From IMG/VR virus record IMGVR_UViG_3300025632_000017, positions 1 through 57,211 of that record: a DNA stretch of 57,211 bases; one strand, written 5' to 3'. Under the pieces are notes generated by a model. The model was given only the letters and a program-made list of their open reading frames with translations, was not told the DNA's origin and made no database searches. The position numbers were made by a program, and so were the translations under genes. The DNA comes from a virus (taxonomy: Duplodnaviria; Caudoviricetes). This document shows, in pieces, positions 16,243-26,324 of the stretch (position 1 is the first letter of the stretch; every line of letters starts with the position of its first letter).

Positions 16243-18291
16243 ATGAGACTTGTACTAGACGTTGAGAACACAACAAACAGGCGTAGGGATAAGCTACACC
16301 TAGACCCATATGAGGAGGGTAACTTCCTTGTGCAAGTCGGTATGCAGAACGCAGATAATCACGAAGAGTTACATATTGTAACATTAGATCACGTTGAGAA
16401 GAAAGACACTAGTGGTGCTGGGCGTAAGCTAATTCAACAAATCTTAGACATGACTACTCTTCTCATCATGCACAATGCGCAGCACGATCTGATGTGGCTA
16501 TGGGAATGTGGCTTTAAGTATGACGGGCCTATCTATGACACCATGCTTGCAGAGTATATCCTACTGCGTGGTCAGAAAGATCCATTAAGCTTAGAGGCAT
16601 GTGCAGAGAGACGCAACCTTAACGCTCAGAAGGATGACACCCTCAAGCGTTACTTTAAGGAAGGGTATAATACAAATGAAATTCCTCTCAGTGAGCTTTG
16701 CTTTTATCTTAGGTGCGATCTCGACACAACTCGTGAGTTGTTCCACAGCATCCAGGCAGACTACGGTGAACCCGATTCAGCCAGTCTACACACCGTTAGA
16801 GACGTTACCTTCAGAACCTGTCAAACCCTTACCCGAATGTACATGTCAGGAATCAGGGTGGATCGTACAGCCTTAGATGATGTACGCTTACAGTTTGAAC
16901 GTGAGAAGGCAGACATTGAGGATCGACTACAGCATAAGGTGCGTGAGATCATGGGTGACACACCTATCAATCTCAAGTCACGGGAGCAGATGTCTCAGGT
17001 TGTATTCTCTCGCAGGATGAACAACAAGAAAGAGTGGGTGGAGCTGTTTGATTACGTGAACAACCCTAAAGAGTTTAAGCAGGCTGTAGAAGCTAACAGT
17101 ACTATCATAAAACGTACAAAAGCTTTCACCTGTCCTACATGCACGGGTACAGGTAAGACGTACAAGACAAAGAAGGATGGCACTAAGTTTGCTAAACCTA
17201 ACAAGTGCAGGGATTGTGACGCTCGTGGCTATGGCTTGAAGGAACTAAACCATATGGCAGGTCTAGGCTTTGGTGCACCTAGCAAGAAGTGGGTTAGTGC
17301 TGATGGGTTTAGCACAGGAAAGGATAACTTAGATGTACTTGTGGGAACTGCTAAAACGAACAACATGGATGCTGCTGTTGAGTTTCTTACTGACCTTAAG
17401 CGTCTTTCTGCTGTTAGTAGCTACCTCTCTAGTTTTGTGGAAGGTATCGACACCTTCACCAAATCAGACGGTTTCCTGCATGTGGGACTCACCCAACACA
17501 TTACTGCAACAGGACGTTTTAGTGGAAGAAATCCCAACATGCAAAACATGCCAAGAGGCGGGACGTTTCCCGTAAAGAAAGTGTTTGTGTCTCGCTGGGA
17601 TGGCGGCTACATCTGTGAGGCTGACTTTGCTCAGCTTGAATTTAGAACGGCTGCATACCTGGCTCAGGATGAAGTTGCTATGGGAGAGATTGCTACAGGC
17701 TTTGACGTACACAGCTATACTGCACAGGTTATCTCTGATGCAGGACAGCCTACGTCACGTCAGGAAGCCAAGGCTCATACCTTCGCACCTCTCTTTGGGG
17801 CTACAGGTTATGGCAGATCTAAGGCAGAGGAAGCTTATTACATTCACTTCACGGAGAAGTATCAGGGTGTAGCTAACTGGCACAAGAACTTAGCTGATGA
17901 AGCTGTACGGTTTAACAAGATTACTAATGTGTCAGGGCGGCAGTACGCATTCCCTGATGTTAAGCGCAACTCTCGTGGTGGTGTATCGCACTTCACCATG
18001 ATTAAGAACTACCCAGTGCAGGGCTTTGCTACTGGTGATGTTGTTCCTGTTGTGCTAATTGAACTGGAGGAGCGGTTGAAGGGGCTACAATCTTGCTTAG
18101 TGAATACTGTTCACGACTCAACGGTTATAGACATTCATCCAGAGGAGAAGGAGACAGTATTAAGTATTATAGAAGACATGAATGAGGGCTTGACAGACTT
18201 AATTGAGAAAGCCTATAACGTAAAAATGAATGTGCCTCTATTATTAGAATCTAAAATCGGGCCGAATTGGCTTGACGTAAGAGATGTATGA
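16243..18291 (+). CDS. polA: Family A DNA polymerase with DnaJ-like zinc-finger insertion
   Basis: Exo LDVE/HNAQHD/YDTM; CPTCTGTG...CRDCDARG; TGRFS, DFAQLEFR, RQEAKAHTF, NYPVQG, VHDS. Confidence 0.97.
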   Translation: MRLVLDVENTTNRRRDKLHLDPYEEGNFLVQVGMQNADNHEELHIVTLDHVEKKDTSGAGRKLIQQILDMTTLLIMHNAQHDLMWLWECGFKYDGPIYDTMLAEYILLRGQKDPLSLEACAERRNLNAQKDDTLKRYFKEGYNTNEIPLSELCFYLRCDLDTTRELFHSIQADYGEPDSASLHTVRDVTFRTCQTLTRMYMSGIRVDRTALDDVRLQFEREKADIEDRLQHKVREIMGDTPINLKSREQMSQVVFSRRMNNKKEWVELFDYVNNPKEFKQAVEANSTIIKRTKAFTCPTCTGTGKTYKTKKDGTKFAKPNKCRDCDARGYGLKELNHMAGLGFGAPSKKWVSADGFSTGKDNLDVLVGTAKTNNMDAAVEFLTDLKRLSAVSSYLSSFVEGIDTFTKSDGFLHVGLTQHITATGRFSGRNPNMQNMPRGGTFPVKKVFVSRWDGGYICEADFAQLEFRTAAYLAQDEVAMGEIATGFDVHSYTAQVISDAGQPTSRQEAKAHTFAPLFGATGYGRSKAEEAYYIHFTEKYQGVANWHKNLADEAVRFNKITNVSGRQYAFPDVKRNSRGGVSHFTMIKNYPVQGFATGDVVPVVLIELEERLKGLQSCLVNTVHDSTVIDIHPEEKETVLSIIEDMNEGLTDLIEKAYNVKMNVPLLLESKIGPNWLDVRDV

Positions 18292-18300
18292 GGTATAACT
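18272..18300 (+). promoter_or_regulatory. Putative promoter TTGACG-N16-TATAACT
   Basis: At end of polA, upstream of the SSB-like gene. Confidence 0.65.
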
Positions 18301-18334
18301 AAGACTCTTTTTGACTGTAGTAAAGGATATACAG

Positions 18335-19213
18335 ATGAGTACAGAACTAGCAACAACAGGTTCATTAGACCCATTAGCAGAGCTGATTGGTGAACCTAAA
18401 CAACAGACACAATCACGATCTTCTCTGGCTCGTGTTAGTGTGTTGAGTACAGCCATTAAAGGCGAGATTGAGCTTGGCGGTAAGAAGATCAAGACAGACG
18501 TTTTACCTGTTGGGTCTTTCAAGATCACACTTGGTGATGATGTCTTCTATGCAGAAAGCGTAGAGGTTCGTATAATCACGCATCGCTTTCAGTTTCAGCG
18601 GTGGAACACTTCCACTAGTGAGATGGAGAAGTCCGTTATGAGTCGTTCTACTTACAGCGACTTAAAGGATAGCACTGGTGGCTTTAACTTAGGCCGTCCC
18701 TCTGGTTACATTGAGGATTGGAACGCACTACCTGAAGCTACTAAGGAGATTATTCGCTCAGCTAAACGTGTGAAGATCTTCATGGGTACACTTACAGTTA
18801 AGGCTCCTCTTGATGATGCAGGACAACCTACCGCTGGTGAGTATGTTGATATTCCATTCGTTATGGATGTTAAAAATAACGATAGCCTCAAGAGCCTTGC
18901 AGCTACTGAAAAAGCTATTGAACGTAAGAACGTCAAAACTCACATGGCTAAGGTTATCCTTAGTGGTGCAGAGGGTTCAATTCCTACAGGTGCTACCTAT
19001 GGCTACGTTACTTCTTCTGTAGGAGAGATTGTACAGGAGTCAGACGAAGACACTGCAGCTATGAGGAAAGTAGCTTCAGACTTCTTGGATTATGTCAGCT
19101 ACTCAAATGGTAAGATCATGGATCTACACGTTGAGCGTTCCAATACAAGTATGAGCAAGGAAGATGCAGCACTTGTAGGTTCTATTATTGATGTAGAAGA
19201 GGCACCATACTAA
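18335..19213 (+). CDS. Putative single-stranded DNA-binding protein
   Basis: Position between pol and exonuclease; acidic/aromatic tail DVEEAPY; AAGGA RBS. Confidence 0.55.
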   Translation: MSTELATTGSLDPLAELIGEPKQQTQSRSSLARVSVLSTAIKGEIELGGKKIKTDVLPVGSFKITLGDDVFYAESVEVRIITHRFQFQRWNTSTSEMEKSVMSRSTYSDLKDSTGGFNLGRPSGYIEDWNALPEATKEIIRSAKRVKIFMGTLTVKAPLDDAGQPTAGEYVDIPFVMDVKNNDSLKSLAATEKAIERKNVKTHMAKVILSGAEGSIPTGATYGYVTSSVGEIVQESDEDTAAMRKVASDFLDYVSYSNGKIMDLHVERSNTSMSKEDAALVGSIIDVEEAPY

Positions 19214-20082
19214 TGACTCATCCTGCAGAGATAGCTGTTTTCTCTTTCTTGCAGAAGGCTATGGCTGGTGAGACTACTATGACAGAGGAGGTGGCTAAAC
19301 AAGTCGCCTCCGATGTTGAGGCTGCTTTGTACAAGCAATTCTCAGGTGGTCCTCGTGATGATTTTCGCTTACGGATGTCTAATATCGGTAGGCCTAAGTG
19401 TCAGCTATGGTTTGACAAGAATGACCCAGAAGACAAGACACCATTCCCTCCACACTTCCTGATGAACATGATCCTTGGCGATATAGTCGAGGCTGTGTTT
19501 AAGGGTATCCTACGTTCAGCAGGCATAGAGTTTGAGGATAACAAGCGTGTTACTCTCAAGTTACCTCATGGTCAGGAGATCAAGGGTGAGTATGATATGG
19601 AGATGGATGGACGCATTGACGATGTTAAGTCTGCCTCACCTTGGTCTTACGATAACAAGTTTGCATCCTTTGGTTCACTAGCCTACAAGGACGGCTTTGG
19701 CTACGTGGCACAGCTTGTGGGCTACGCAGAGGCCGCTGGAAAGGATGTAGGTGGCTGGTGGGTAGTCAACAAAGCAAATGGTCAATTCAAGTATGTAGAC
19801 GCCTCTGAAGACGTAGACAAGGAAGCAGTATTGGCTGACATCCAGGCTACTGTAGATTACATCGACAACGATGAACCCTTTGAGCGTTGCTTTGAGCCAG
19901 TAGAGGAATCATTCTACCGTAAGAAGACAGGTAACTGGGTGCTACCTGATGACTGTAAGTTCTGTAGCTTTAAACATAAGTGTCATGACAACTTTGAGAC
20001 ACGCACAAGCATCCCTAGTAAATCTAAGAACCCACAACTTGTGGACTACACATTCATAGCAGAGGAATATCTGAATGCCTAA
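19213..20082 (+). CDS. PD-(D/E)XK exonuclease (Cas4/RecB-like)
   Basis: LRMSNIGRPKCQLW, GEYD, DDVKS, YVAQL, CKFCSFKHKC. Confidence 0.85.
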   Translation: MTHPAEIAVFSFLQKAMAGETTMTEEVAKQVASDVEAALYKQFSGGPRDDFRLRMSNIGRPKCQLWFDKNDPEDKTPFPPHFLMNMILGDIVEAVFKGILRSAGIEFEDNKRVTLKLPHGQEIKGEYDMEMDGRIDDVKSASPWSYDNKFASFGSLAYKDGFGYVAQLVGYAEAAGKDVGGWWVVNKANGQFKYVDASEDVDKEAVLADIQATVDYIDNDEPFERCFEPVEESFYRKKTGNWVLPDDCKFCSFKHKCHDNFETRTSIPSKSKNPQLVDYTFIAEEYLNA

Positions 20083-20281
20083 ACTAACTATCAACGACAC
20101 CGACTACTACACAGAAGACTTCAATGAGAATCAGACAAAGCTTTACAATGAGGTGATGCTTGCAACAGATCAGATGAAGCGCTTAGAAGTTCAATTCAAA
20201 GCACTAGAGGGTATGACTAATGTACTAGCATCTCAGATTGTAGAAGAAGGTAAAGATGCCGAAGACGAACCGGAGGCATAA
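20075..20281 (+). CDS. Small coiled-coil hypothetical protein
   Basis: 68 aa; KLTINDTDY start. Confidence 0.7.
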   Translation: MPKLTINDTDYYTEDFNENQTKLYNEVMLATDQMKRLEVQFKALEGMTNVLASQIVEEGKDAEDEPEA

Positions 20282-20693
20282 CTCTAAAACGTATCGCAGT
20301 GGCCTTGAAGTTGAGGCCGCTGCATACCTCAAGGATAGGCAGAAGATTGTAGCCTATGAAAAGCTAAAGATAGAGTGGGAGGATCTAAAGTACCGTACAT
20401 ACACACCAGACTTTGAGCTAGACAACGGCATAATAATTGAGCTGAAGGGGTTGTTTTCTGCTGCAGATAGACGTAAGCATATAGAGATACAGCGTCAGCA
20501 TCCTACACTAGATATTCGTTTTGTATTTAGTAATGCTAATTCAAGGCTTTACAAAGGAGCTAAGAGTAGGTACTGCGATTGGTGCGATCAAAAGGGTTTC
20601 CTCTGGGCTAATCGTGTGATACCAGAAGAGTGGCTCAAAGAAAAAGGTAAGCGTATGAAAGAGCAGCGTGTAAAAGTTAAGAGGAGAGAGTAA
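20256..20693 (+). CDS. Endonuclease I (T7 gp3-like Holliday junction resolvase)
   Basis: YRSGLE, YTPDF, IIELKG, DRRKH, LDIRFVF. Confidence 0.93.
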   Translation: MPKTNRRHNSKTYRSGLEVEAAAYLKDRQKIVAYEKLKIEWEDLKYRTYTPDFELDNGIIIELKGLFSAADRRKHIEIQRQHPTLDIRFVFSNANSRLYKGAKSRYCDWCDQKGFLWANRVIPEEWLKEKGKRMKEQRVKVKRRE

Positions 20694-21046
20694 TGGCTTA
20701 TGAGATTAAACCTGGTGACATCGCTATTGTACTATCTCCTGTCGTTGAGGACGGTGAGTGGACGGGCAGTATCAAGACTGGCATGGTCTTTGGTTCGGCT
20801 GGTTCAGAGGATGGCATGAGGGCTGCTCTTGATGAGGCACTCACTATGTCTGCTGCACAGAAGTTCTTAGAGCTTTACCCTGATGCTTGGGAAGACTTTG
20901 CAGATCTAAGGCAGGGCATTATTCAAGAGATGTTTCCCGATCAGTATGCAGAAGCAGAACAAGAGCAAGCAGAAGCTACAGCGTATGAAGTAGAGGATAA
21001 TGTAGTTACACTTACACGCTGGTCTAAGACACAGGGAAGCGCATGA
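20693..21046 (+). CDS. Hypothetical protein
   Basis: 117 aa; extended RBS GAGGAGAGAGTA. Confidence 0.75.
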   Translation: MAYEIKPGDIAIVLSPVVEDGEWTGSIKTGMVFGSAGSEDGMRAALDEALTMSAAQKFLELYPDAWEDFADLRQGIIQEMFPDQYAEAEQEQAEATAYEVEDNVVTLTRWSKTQGSA

Positions 21047-21210
21047 AGAAGTTTAGTGTTACTTTTGTTATGAAGGTTGATAAGAATAATAACATACTAT
21101 CATCCTACGAAGACAGTCATGAGCAAGACATTCATGACTTGATTACAGATGTTATCTATGATGTAGATGATGTGGAGATTGAGAACTTAAACGTCAAGGA
21201 GAGACAATGA
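21043..21210 (+). CDS. Small acidic hypothetical protein (55 aa)
   Basis: ATGA overlaps both ends; MKKFSVTFVMKVDK... Confidence 0.65.
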   Translation: MKKFSVTFVMKVDKNNNILSSYEDSHEQDIHDLITDVIYDVDDVEIENLNVKERQ

Positions 21211-21566
21211 TTACACAAGAAGATATAGATGCGTTTGCTGCTATGGCAGATATTAACACACAGGATTATTCCTACTGGGTAGAGGGTAAGATTGTAACAG
21301 AAGGTGAGACCCGCTTAGTGGAGAATACACTAGGCTTAGTAGGTGAAGCAGGCGAGGTGGCTGAGAAGATCAAGAAGCTACTGCGTGACAACACAAAGGT
21401 CTCATCTGATGACATTATCAAGGAGCTAGGTGACGTTGTGTTCTATGTTACAGCCCTTGCTAACTACTTTAACAGTGACCTCACAGAGGTACTACAAACT
21501 AATATGGATAAACTAAACAGCCGTGCAAGACGTGGCGTTATTAAAGGATCAGGTGACAACCGATGA
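21207..21566 (+). CDS. mazG: MazG-like nucleotide pyrophosphohydrolase
   Basis: LGLVGEAGEVAEKIKK, KELGDVVFY, GSGDNR. Confidence 0.92.
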   Translation: MITQEDIDAFAAMADINTQDYSYWVEGKIVTEGETRLVENTLGLVGEAGEVAEKIKKLLRDNTKVSSDDIIKELGDVVFYVTALANYFNSDLTEVLQTNMDKLNSRARRGVIKGSGDNR

Positions 21567-22186
21567 GAAAGCCAACCGTATATTACGGAGGGTGGGAAGA
21601 CTCACCGCTCTCCGTACATACAGAGATTTCAGACTTATTAACAGACTTTAAATCTAAGATGCCTGTGGAAGAAGAGGCTTTCTTTAGGTGTCCATCCTTT
21701 CTAAGTTGGGCTAAAAACAAGTTGGTAATTAAGTCTGCCTATGATTACTCTGTACAAAAGGACGCTATAAGCGAAGAGAGCAAAGTTTATGCACAGTGGC
21801 ACAAAGGTGAGTTCATGTTCTTTTCTGACATGTCTGTGAAGATGACGATCTACCCGCCGTTTCTTGAGAGGACTAACATACAAGGGGTTGTAGGGGAATT
21901 TGATATAGGTAAATGGCTAAGGCCAACGGGACCAGCCTCTACTCTTATAGGAGGTGAGCTACATATAAAGGAAGGTCAACCTCTGATGTATGTTGGGTTT
22001 GATAAGCCCGTTAAATTAGTTAAGGTGATCTTTCCCAATGACGTAGAAAAGCTCTGTAAGGTATCGCTTAGTTATCCAAGGAAGGGTAGAGCTACTCCAC
22101 TAGTAAAGCTGTACGACAAGTTTGCGAATAGTGGACTAAGGCGTGTGGTGTTAAACAAGATCAAGACGTATAATAGTATAAAATAA
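21563..22186 (+). CDS. Hypothetical protein (CP-motif family)
   Basis: FFRCPSF, GEFDIGKWLRP, IKEGQPL. Confidence 0.65.
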   Translation: MRKPTVYYGGWEDSPLSVHTEISDLLTDFKSKMPVEEEAFFRCPSFLSWAKNKLVIKSAYDYSVQKDAISEESKVYAQWHKGEFMFFSDMSVKMTIYPPFLERTNIQGVVGEFDIGKWLRPTGPASTLIGGELHIKEGQPLMYVGFDKPVKLVKVIFPNDVEKLCKVSLSYPRKGRATPLVKLYDKFANSGLRRVVLNKIKTYNSIK

Positions 22187-22195
22187 GGAACTAAA

Positions 22196-24094
22196 ATGAG
22201 CAATCAACTACCAACCGACTATCAAGCATTCATTCACAAGTCACGCTACGCCAAGTACTTTGACGGCGAAGGCCGTGAGTCCTGGGGTAAGACAGTAAGC
22301 CGCTACATGGATAACGTAGTGCGCCGTGTGACAGGTGATAACTCTTACATCAACGACATTGAGCAGGCTATCTTAGGTCAAGAGATCATGCCTTCTATGA
22401 GAGCTATGATGACAGCTGGGCCAGCGCTTGATCGTGACAACACTGCAGGCTACAACTGTAGCTACCTACCCGTAGATGACCCTAAGTCCTTCGATGAGGC
22501 TATGTACATCCTCCTCTGCGGCACTGGTGTCGGGTTCAGTGTCGAGCGCCAGTTTATCAGCAAGCTCCCAGAAGTGCCTGAGCTGTTCGAGAGTGAGTCT
22601 ATCGTTGTCGTTAAGGACAGTAAGGAAGGCTGGGCTAAGGGGTTCCGTCAAGTTCTTGCACTCCTGTGGGCTGGTGAGATTCCTAAGTGGGATGTCTCTC
22701 GTGTACGTCCTGCTGGTGCAAGACTTAAAACATTTGGCGGTAGAGCGTCAGGCCCAGCGCCACTCGTAGAACTATTTAACTTTGCTGTGTCTACCTTCAA
22801 GGCGGCACAAGGACGCAAGCTTAGCTCTATGGAATGTCATGACCTGATGTGCTTCATTGGTCAGATCGTTGTTGTAGGTGGTGTGCGCCGCTCAGCTATG
22901 ATCTCTCTGTCTAACCTGAGTGATGACCGTATGCGTCACGCTAAGTCAGGACAGTGGTGGGAGACAGCTGGGCATCGTGCCTTGGCTAACAACTCTGTAT
23001 CGTACACTGAGAAGCCAGACATGGAAACATTCATGCGTGAGTGGCTTGCCCTGGTTGAGTCTAAGTCAGGTGAGCGTGGTATCTTCAATCGTGAGGCATC
23101 CAAGAAGCAAGCAGCTAAGTTTGGGCGGCGTGATCCTAACCATGAGTTTGGTACAAACCCTTGTTCTGAAATCATTTTACGCCCATATCAGTTTTGCAAC
23201 CTAACGGAGTGCGTAGTACGTGCGACTGATACCATTGAGGATCTTGAGCGTAAGGTTAAGCTGGCTACCATCTTAGGTACGATCCAGTCTACCATGATTA
23301 AGTTCCCATATCTGCGTAAGATCTGGCAGAACAACACAGCAGAAGAGCGCTTGCTTGGTGTGTCTATGACAGGCATCATGGACAACCCTCTTATGACAAA
23401 CCAGAACAAAGGACTGGAGAAGACCCTTGAGCATTTACGATCCATTGCTGTGGCTACTAACGCTGAGTGGGCTGAGTTGCTTGGCATCCCTGCTTCTGCT
23501 AGTATCAGCTGCGTTAAACCTTCCGGTACGGTATCACAGCTGGTTGACTCTGCTTCTGGTATTCATGCTCGTCACAGCCCCTATTATATTCGCACTGTGC
23601 GTGGTGACAGCAAAGACCCTTTGACGCAGTTTATGATTGACCAAGGTATTCCTAATGAGCCTTGCGTCATGAAGCCTGACTCTACTGTAGTGTTTAGCTT
23701 CCCTGTTAAGTCTCCTGAGCAGGCTGTCACACGTAATGATATGACTGCTGTAGAGCAGCTTGAGTTGTGGCTCAGCTATCAGCGACACTGGTGTGAACAT
23801 AAGCCAAGTGTAACTATCTCAGTTCGGGATTCTGAGTGGATGTCTGTGGGAGCGTTTGTGTACGAACACTTTGATGAGATGTCAGGTGTATCATTCCTGC
23901 CACATTCAGATCATACTTACCAGCAAGCACCTTATCAGGACTGCACTAAGGAAGAGTATCAAGAGATGCTTGCACTTATGCCAGACAGCATTGACTGGGA
24001 AGAGCTTAACGACTACGAGAATGAAGATAACACAGTATCCATGCAGACTATGGCCTGCTCTGGTGACAGCTGTGAGATCGTGGATCTAGTATGA
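22196..24094 (+). CDS. nrdJ: Class II (B12-dependent) ribonucleotide reductase
   Basis: PSMRAM, GYNCSY, GTGVGFS, GGVRRSA, TNPCSEI, KPSGTVS, C-terminal CSGDSCE; no beta-subunit gene. Confidence 0.93.
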   Translation: MSNQLPTDYQAFIHKSRYAKYFDGEGRESWGKTVSRYMDNVVRRVTGDNSYINDIEQAILGQEIMPSMRAMMTAGPALDRDNTAGYNCSYLPVDDPKSFDEAMYILLCGTGVGFSVERQFISKLPEVPELFESESIVVVKDSKEGWAKGFRQVLALLWAGEIPKWDVSRVRPAGARLKTFGGRASGPAPLVELFNFAVSTFKAAQGRKLSSMECHDLMCFIGQIVVVGGVRRSAMISLSNLSDDRMRHAKSGQWWETAGHRALANNSVSYTEKPDMETFMREWLALVESKSGERGIFNREASKKQAAKFGRRDPNHEFGTNPCSEIILRPYQFCNLTECVVRATDTIEDLERKVKLATILGTIQSTMIKFPYLRKIWQNNTAEERLLGVSMTGIMDNPLMTNQNKGLEKTLEHLRSIAVATNAEWAELLGIPASASISCVKPSGTVSQLVDSASGIHARHSPYYIRTVRGDSKDPLTQFMIDQGIPNEPCVMKPDSTVVFSFPVKSPEQAVTRNDMTAVEQLELWLSYQRHWCEHKPSVTISVRDSEWMSVGAFVYEHFDEMSGVSFLPHSDHTYQQAPYQDCTKEEYQEMLALMPDSIDWEELNDYENEDNTVSMQTMACSGDSCEIVDLV

Positions 24095-24321
24095 GCTATA
24101 CAGTGGTAGGAACAGATAACTGTAAGTTTTGCACTAAAGCAAAGCACCTGCTACGAGAAAAGAGGGTAGGCTTCACGGCCTATTCTCTAAGTTCCCCTAG
24201 CAGTAAGTGGCTATTGACACTCATGAAAGAAGCGGGTATGACTACTGTACCCCAAATTTGGGATAACGAAGGCCGCCATGTTGGTGGCTACACAGAACTA
24301 AAGGAACGTTTAGATGGTTGA
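24091..24321 (+). CDS. grx: Glutaredoxin
   Basis: CKFC, TVPQIW, GGYTEL. Confidence 0.92.
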   Translation: MSYTVVGTDNCKFCTKAKHLLREKRVGFTAYSLSSPSSKWLLTLMKEAGMTTVPQIWDNEGRHVGGYTELKERLDG

Positions 24322-24457
24322 GTTTTTTGTAATGTTCTTCTTTGCTGTAGCAGCAGTAGAAGTAACTACAGACGTAGCAGGTAAAGCATACGATTATGTA
24401 GAACCTAAAGTAACAGAGATTATGTCTGGCGAAGAGTCAGATACGGTACAGAAATAA
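24314..24457 (+). CDS. Small membrane protein (47 aa)
   Basis: MVEFFVMFFFAVAAVE...; coupled. Confidence 0.5.
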   Translation: MVEFFVMFFFAVAAVEVTTDVAGKAYDYVEPKVTEIMSGEESDTVQK

Positions 24458-24657
24458 TGTTTACTTTAGTTATGATTGCTTTCTTGGCAGGGGAGGAGCC
24501 TATAGTTAGGGCTTCTCCTGATCTGTATCGCTCTTACTCAGAGTGTGAAGATACTGCTATAGATGTAATGAATATGCTCATAGATGAACTACCACCTAAG
24601 ACACTACGTCAGTCAAGGATAGTTTATATTTGTGCGGATGTACCGGAGAATGTTTAA
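24457..24657 (+). CDS. Small hypothetical protein
   Basis: Hydrophobic start, Y.S..EC...C pattern. Confidence 0.6.
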   Translation: MFTLVMIAFLAGEEPIVRASPDLYRSYSECEDTAIDVMNMLIDELPPKTLRQSRIVYICADVPENV

Positions 24658-25175
24658 TGACTGTTAGTATAGAAGACAATCTATTACCTGACGATACCTT
24701 TTATATGATAGCAGATATAATTATGGGAAGTACGTTTCCTTGGTGCTTCACTCCTGCTGTTACTATGGAGGAGAAAGATACACTGCTGAACTATCAGTTT
24801 TTTCATCCTGTATATCGTAGGGATACAATGGAGAGCAACTACTTCTCATTACTAAAACCTCTATTCGGGGCGATGAATGCTTCCTCTATCTTAACATGTA
24901 AGATAAACTGTAATCCTTATGCAGGAGATACTATACATGAACATGGGATGCACCAAGATCTTAGAGGCTGGCCTGAGGACGTAAAAGCTAATACAGCTGT
25001 CTTTTATCTTAACACAAACAACGGCTATACTTTATTAAAGAGTACTAATGAGAAGATTAAATCTGTAGCTAACAGGCTGGTTACGTTTAACTCAGAGGAA
25101 TACCATACAGGCTCTACAACAACAGATCAAAAGGCTAGATACGTAATAAACATAAATTATGTTCGGGCTACATGA
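24657..25175 (+). CDS. 2OG-Fe(II) oxygenase
   Basis: HQD (HxD), AVFYLNTNNGYT, NRLVTF, YHTG, RYVININ. Confidence 0.85.
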   Translation: MTVSIEDNLLPDDTFYMIADIIMGSTFPWCFTPAVTMEEKDTLLNYQFFHPVYRRDTMESNYFSLLKPLFGAMNASSILTCKINCNPYAGDTIHEHGMHQDLRGWPEDVKANTAVFYLNTNNGYTLLKSTNEKIKSVANRLVTFNSEEYHTGSTTTDQKARYVININYVRAT

Positions 25176-25627
25176 AAGGATGCGTAATGCAGTTAGATCT
25201 ATTTCCAGAAGCAGCAGAAGAGTCCGTTGAATCTGGCACTATGCTTTGCCGAAAGTGTAATACCGATAAACCTTACTCACAATTTAGAGAAGCAGCAGTT
25301 ATCTGGGAAACACAGCCTAGAAAGAAACACGCTCCTAAATACACAGGAGTTCTTCGCTATTGCAACAGCTGCAGTAAAGCCTATACAGAAAGTAGAAAGC
25401 TTGCCCAAAAGAATGCGCCACCTAAACCTGTTCATGACTTTAATTGTAAGTGCTGTGGATCTGTAACAAAACCGTCTAGTGCTCATATGGATCACGATCA
25501 CATTACTCACGCTTTCAGGGGCTGGCTTTGTAGAGCTTGTAATACAGGCATAGGCAGTTTGGGAGATACAGTAGAAGGCCTAGAAAAAGCAATTAACTAC
25601 TTAAAGGCTCACTATGAACAACATTGA
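25172..25627 (+). CDS. Endonuclease VII-type nuclease
   Basis: CKCC...MDHDH...RGWLCRACNTGIG...AINYL. Confidence 0.85.
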   Translation: MKGCVMQLDLFPEAAEESVESGTMLCRKCNTDKPYSQFREAAVIWETQPRKKHAPKYTGVLRYCNSCSKAYTESRKLAQKNAPPKPVHDFNCKCCGSVTKPSSAHMDHDHITHAFRGWLCRACNTGIGSLGDTVEGLEKAINYLKAHYEQH

Positions 25628-26324
25628 ACCCTTAGCTAAACCAACACGTACACGGCGCAAGACAAACTACAAGGGTGCTGCTGCTAAGCCTACCTCTGGT
25701 ATTCTACCTAAGACAGAGAACCAAGGTAAGCTCATTGACGCTATCACTAACAGCAAGCAGGTGCTTATACTTGGCCCTGCTGGTACTGGTAAGACTTACG
25801 TTACGGCTACATGTGCAGCAGACTTGTACACACTCAAAGAGATTGACAAGATTGTAATCACACGCCCTCACGTAGCTGTAGGTAAAGACATTGGGTTCCT
25901 GCCAGGTACACTAGAAGAGAAGGCACAACCGTGGGCGTTGCCTGTGCTTGACGTACTGGTGAAACACTTGGGGCGTGGTGCTGTTGATACAGGACTTAAG
26001 AACGGTAACATTGAAGTAGCTACACTAGCGTTGATGCGTGGGCGTAGCTTTGATGATGCTTTCATTATCGTTGATGAAGCGCAGAACATAGATGTGTCAG
26101 AGATCAAGATGCTGTTGACTCGTGTGGGTGAAGGCAGTACTATTGTACTCAATGGTGACATCCAGCAGTCTGACTTAAAGGGTACGTCTGGTCTAGCTAA
26201 GATCATTCATCTTGCTAAGAAGTATATGCTTGATGTTCCTGTAGTAGAGTTTGGCGTTGATGACATTGTGCGTAGTGGTATCTGTGCTGAGTGGGTGAAG
26301 GTGTTTATGAAGGAAGGTCTGTGA
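25614..26324 (+). CDS. phoH: PhoH family ATPase
   Basis: GPAGTGKT, GFLPG, MRGRSF, DEAQN, GDIQQSD. Confidence 0.95.
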   Translation: MNNIEPLAKPTRTRRKTNYKGAAAKPTSGILPKTENQGKLIDAITNSKQVLILGPAGTGKTYVTATCAADLYTLKEIDKIVITRPHVAVGKDIGFLPGTLEEKAQPWALPVLDVLVKHLGRGAVDTGLKNGNIEVATLALMRGRSFDDAFIIVDEAQNIDVSEIKMLLTRVGEGSTIVLNGDIQQSDLKGTSGLAKIIHLAKKYMLDVPVVEFGVDDIVRSGICAEWVKVFMKEGL

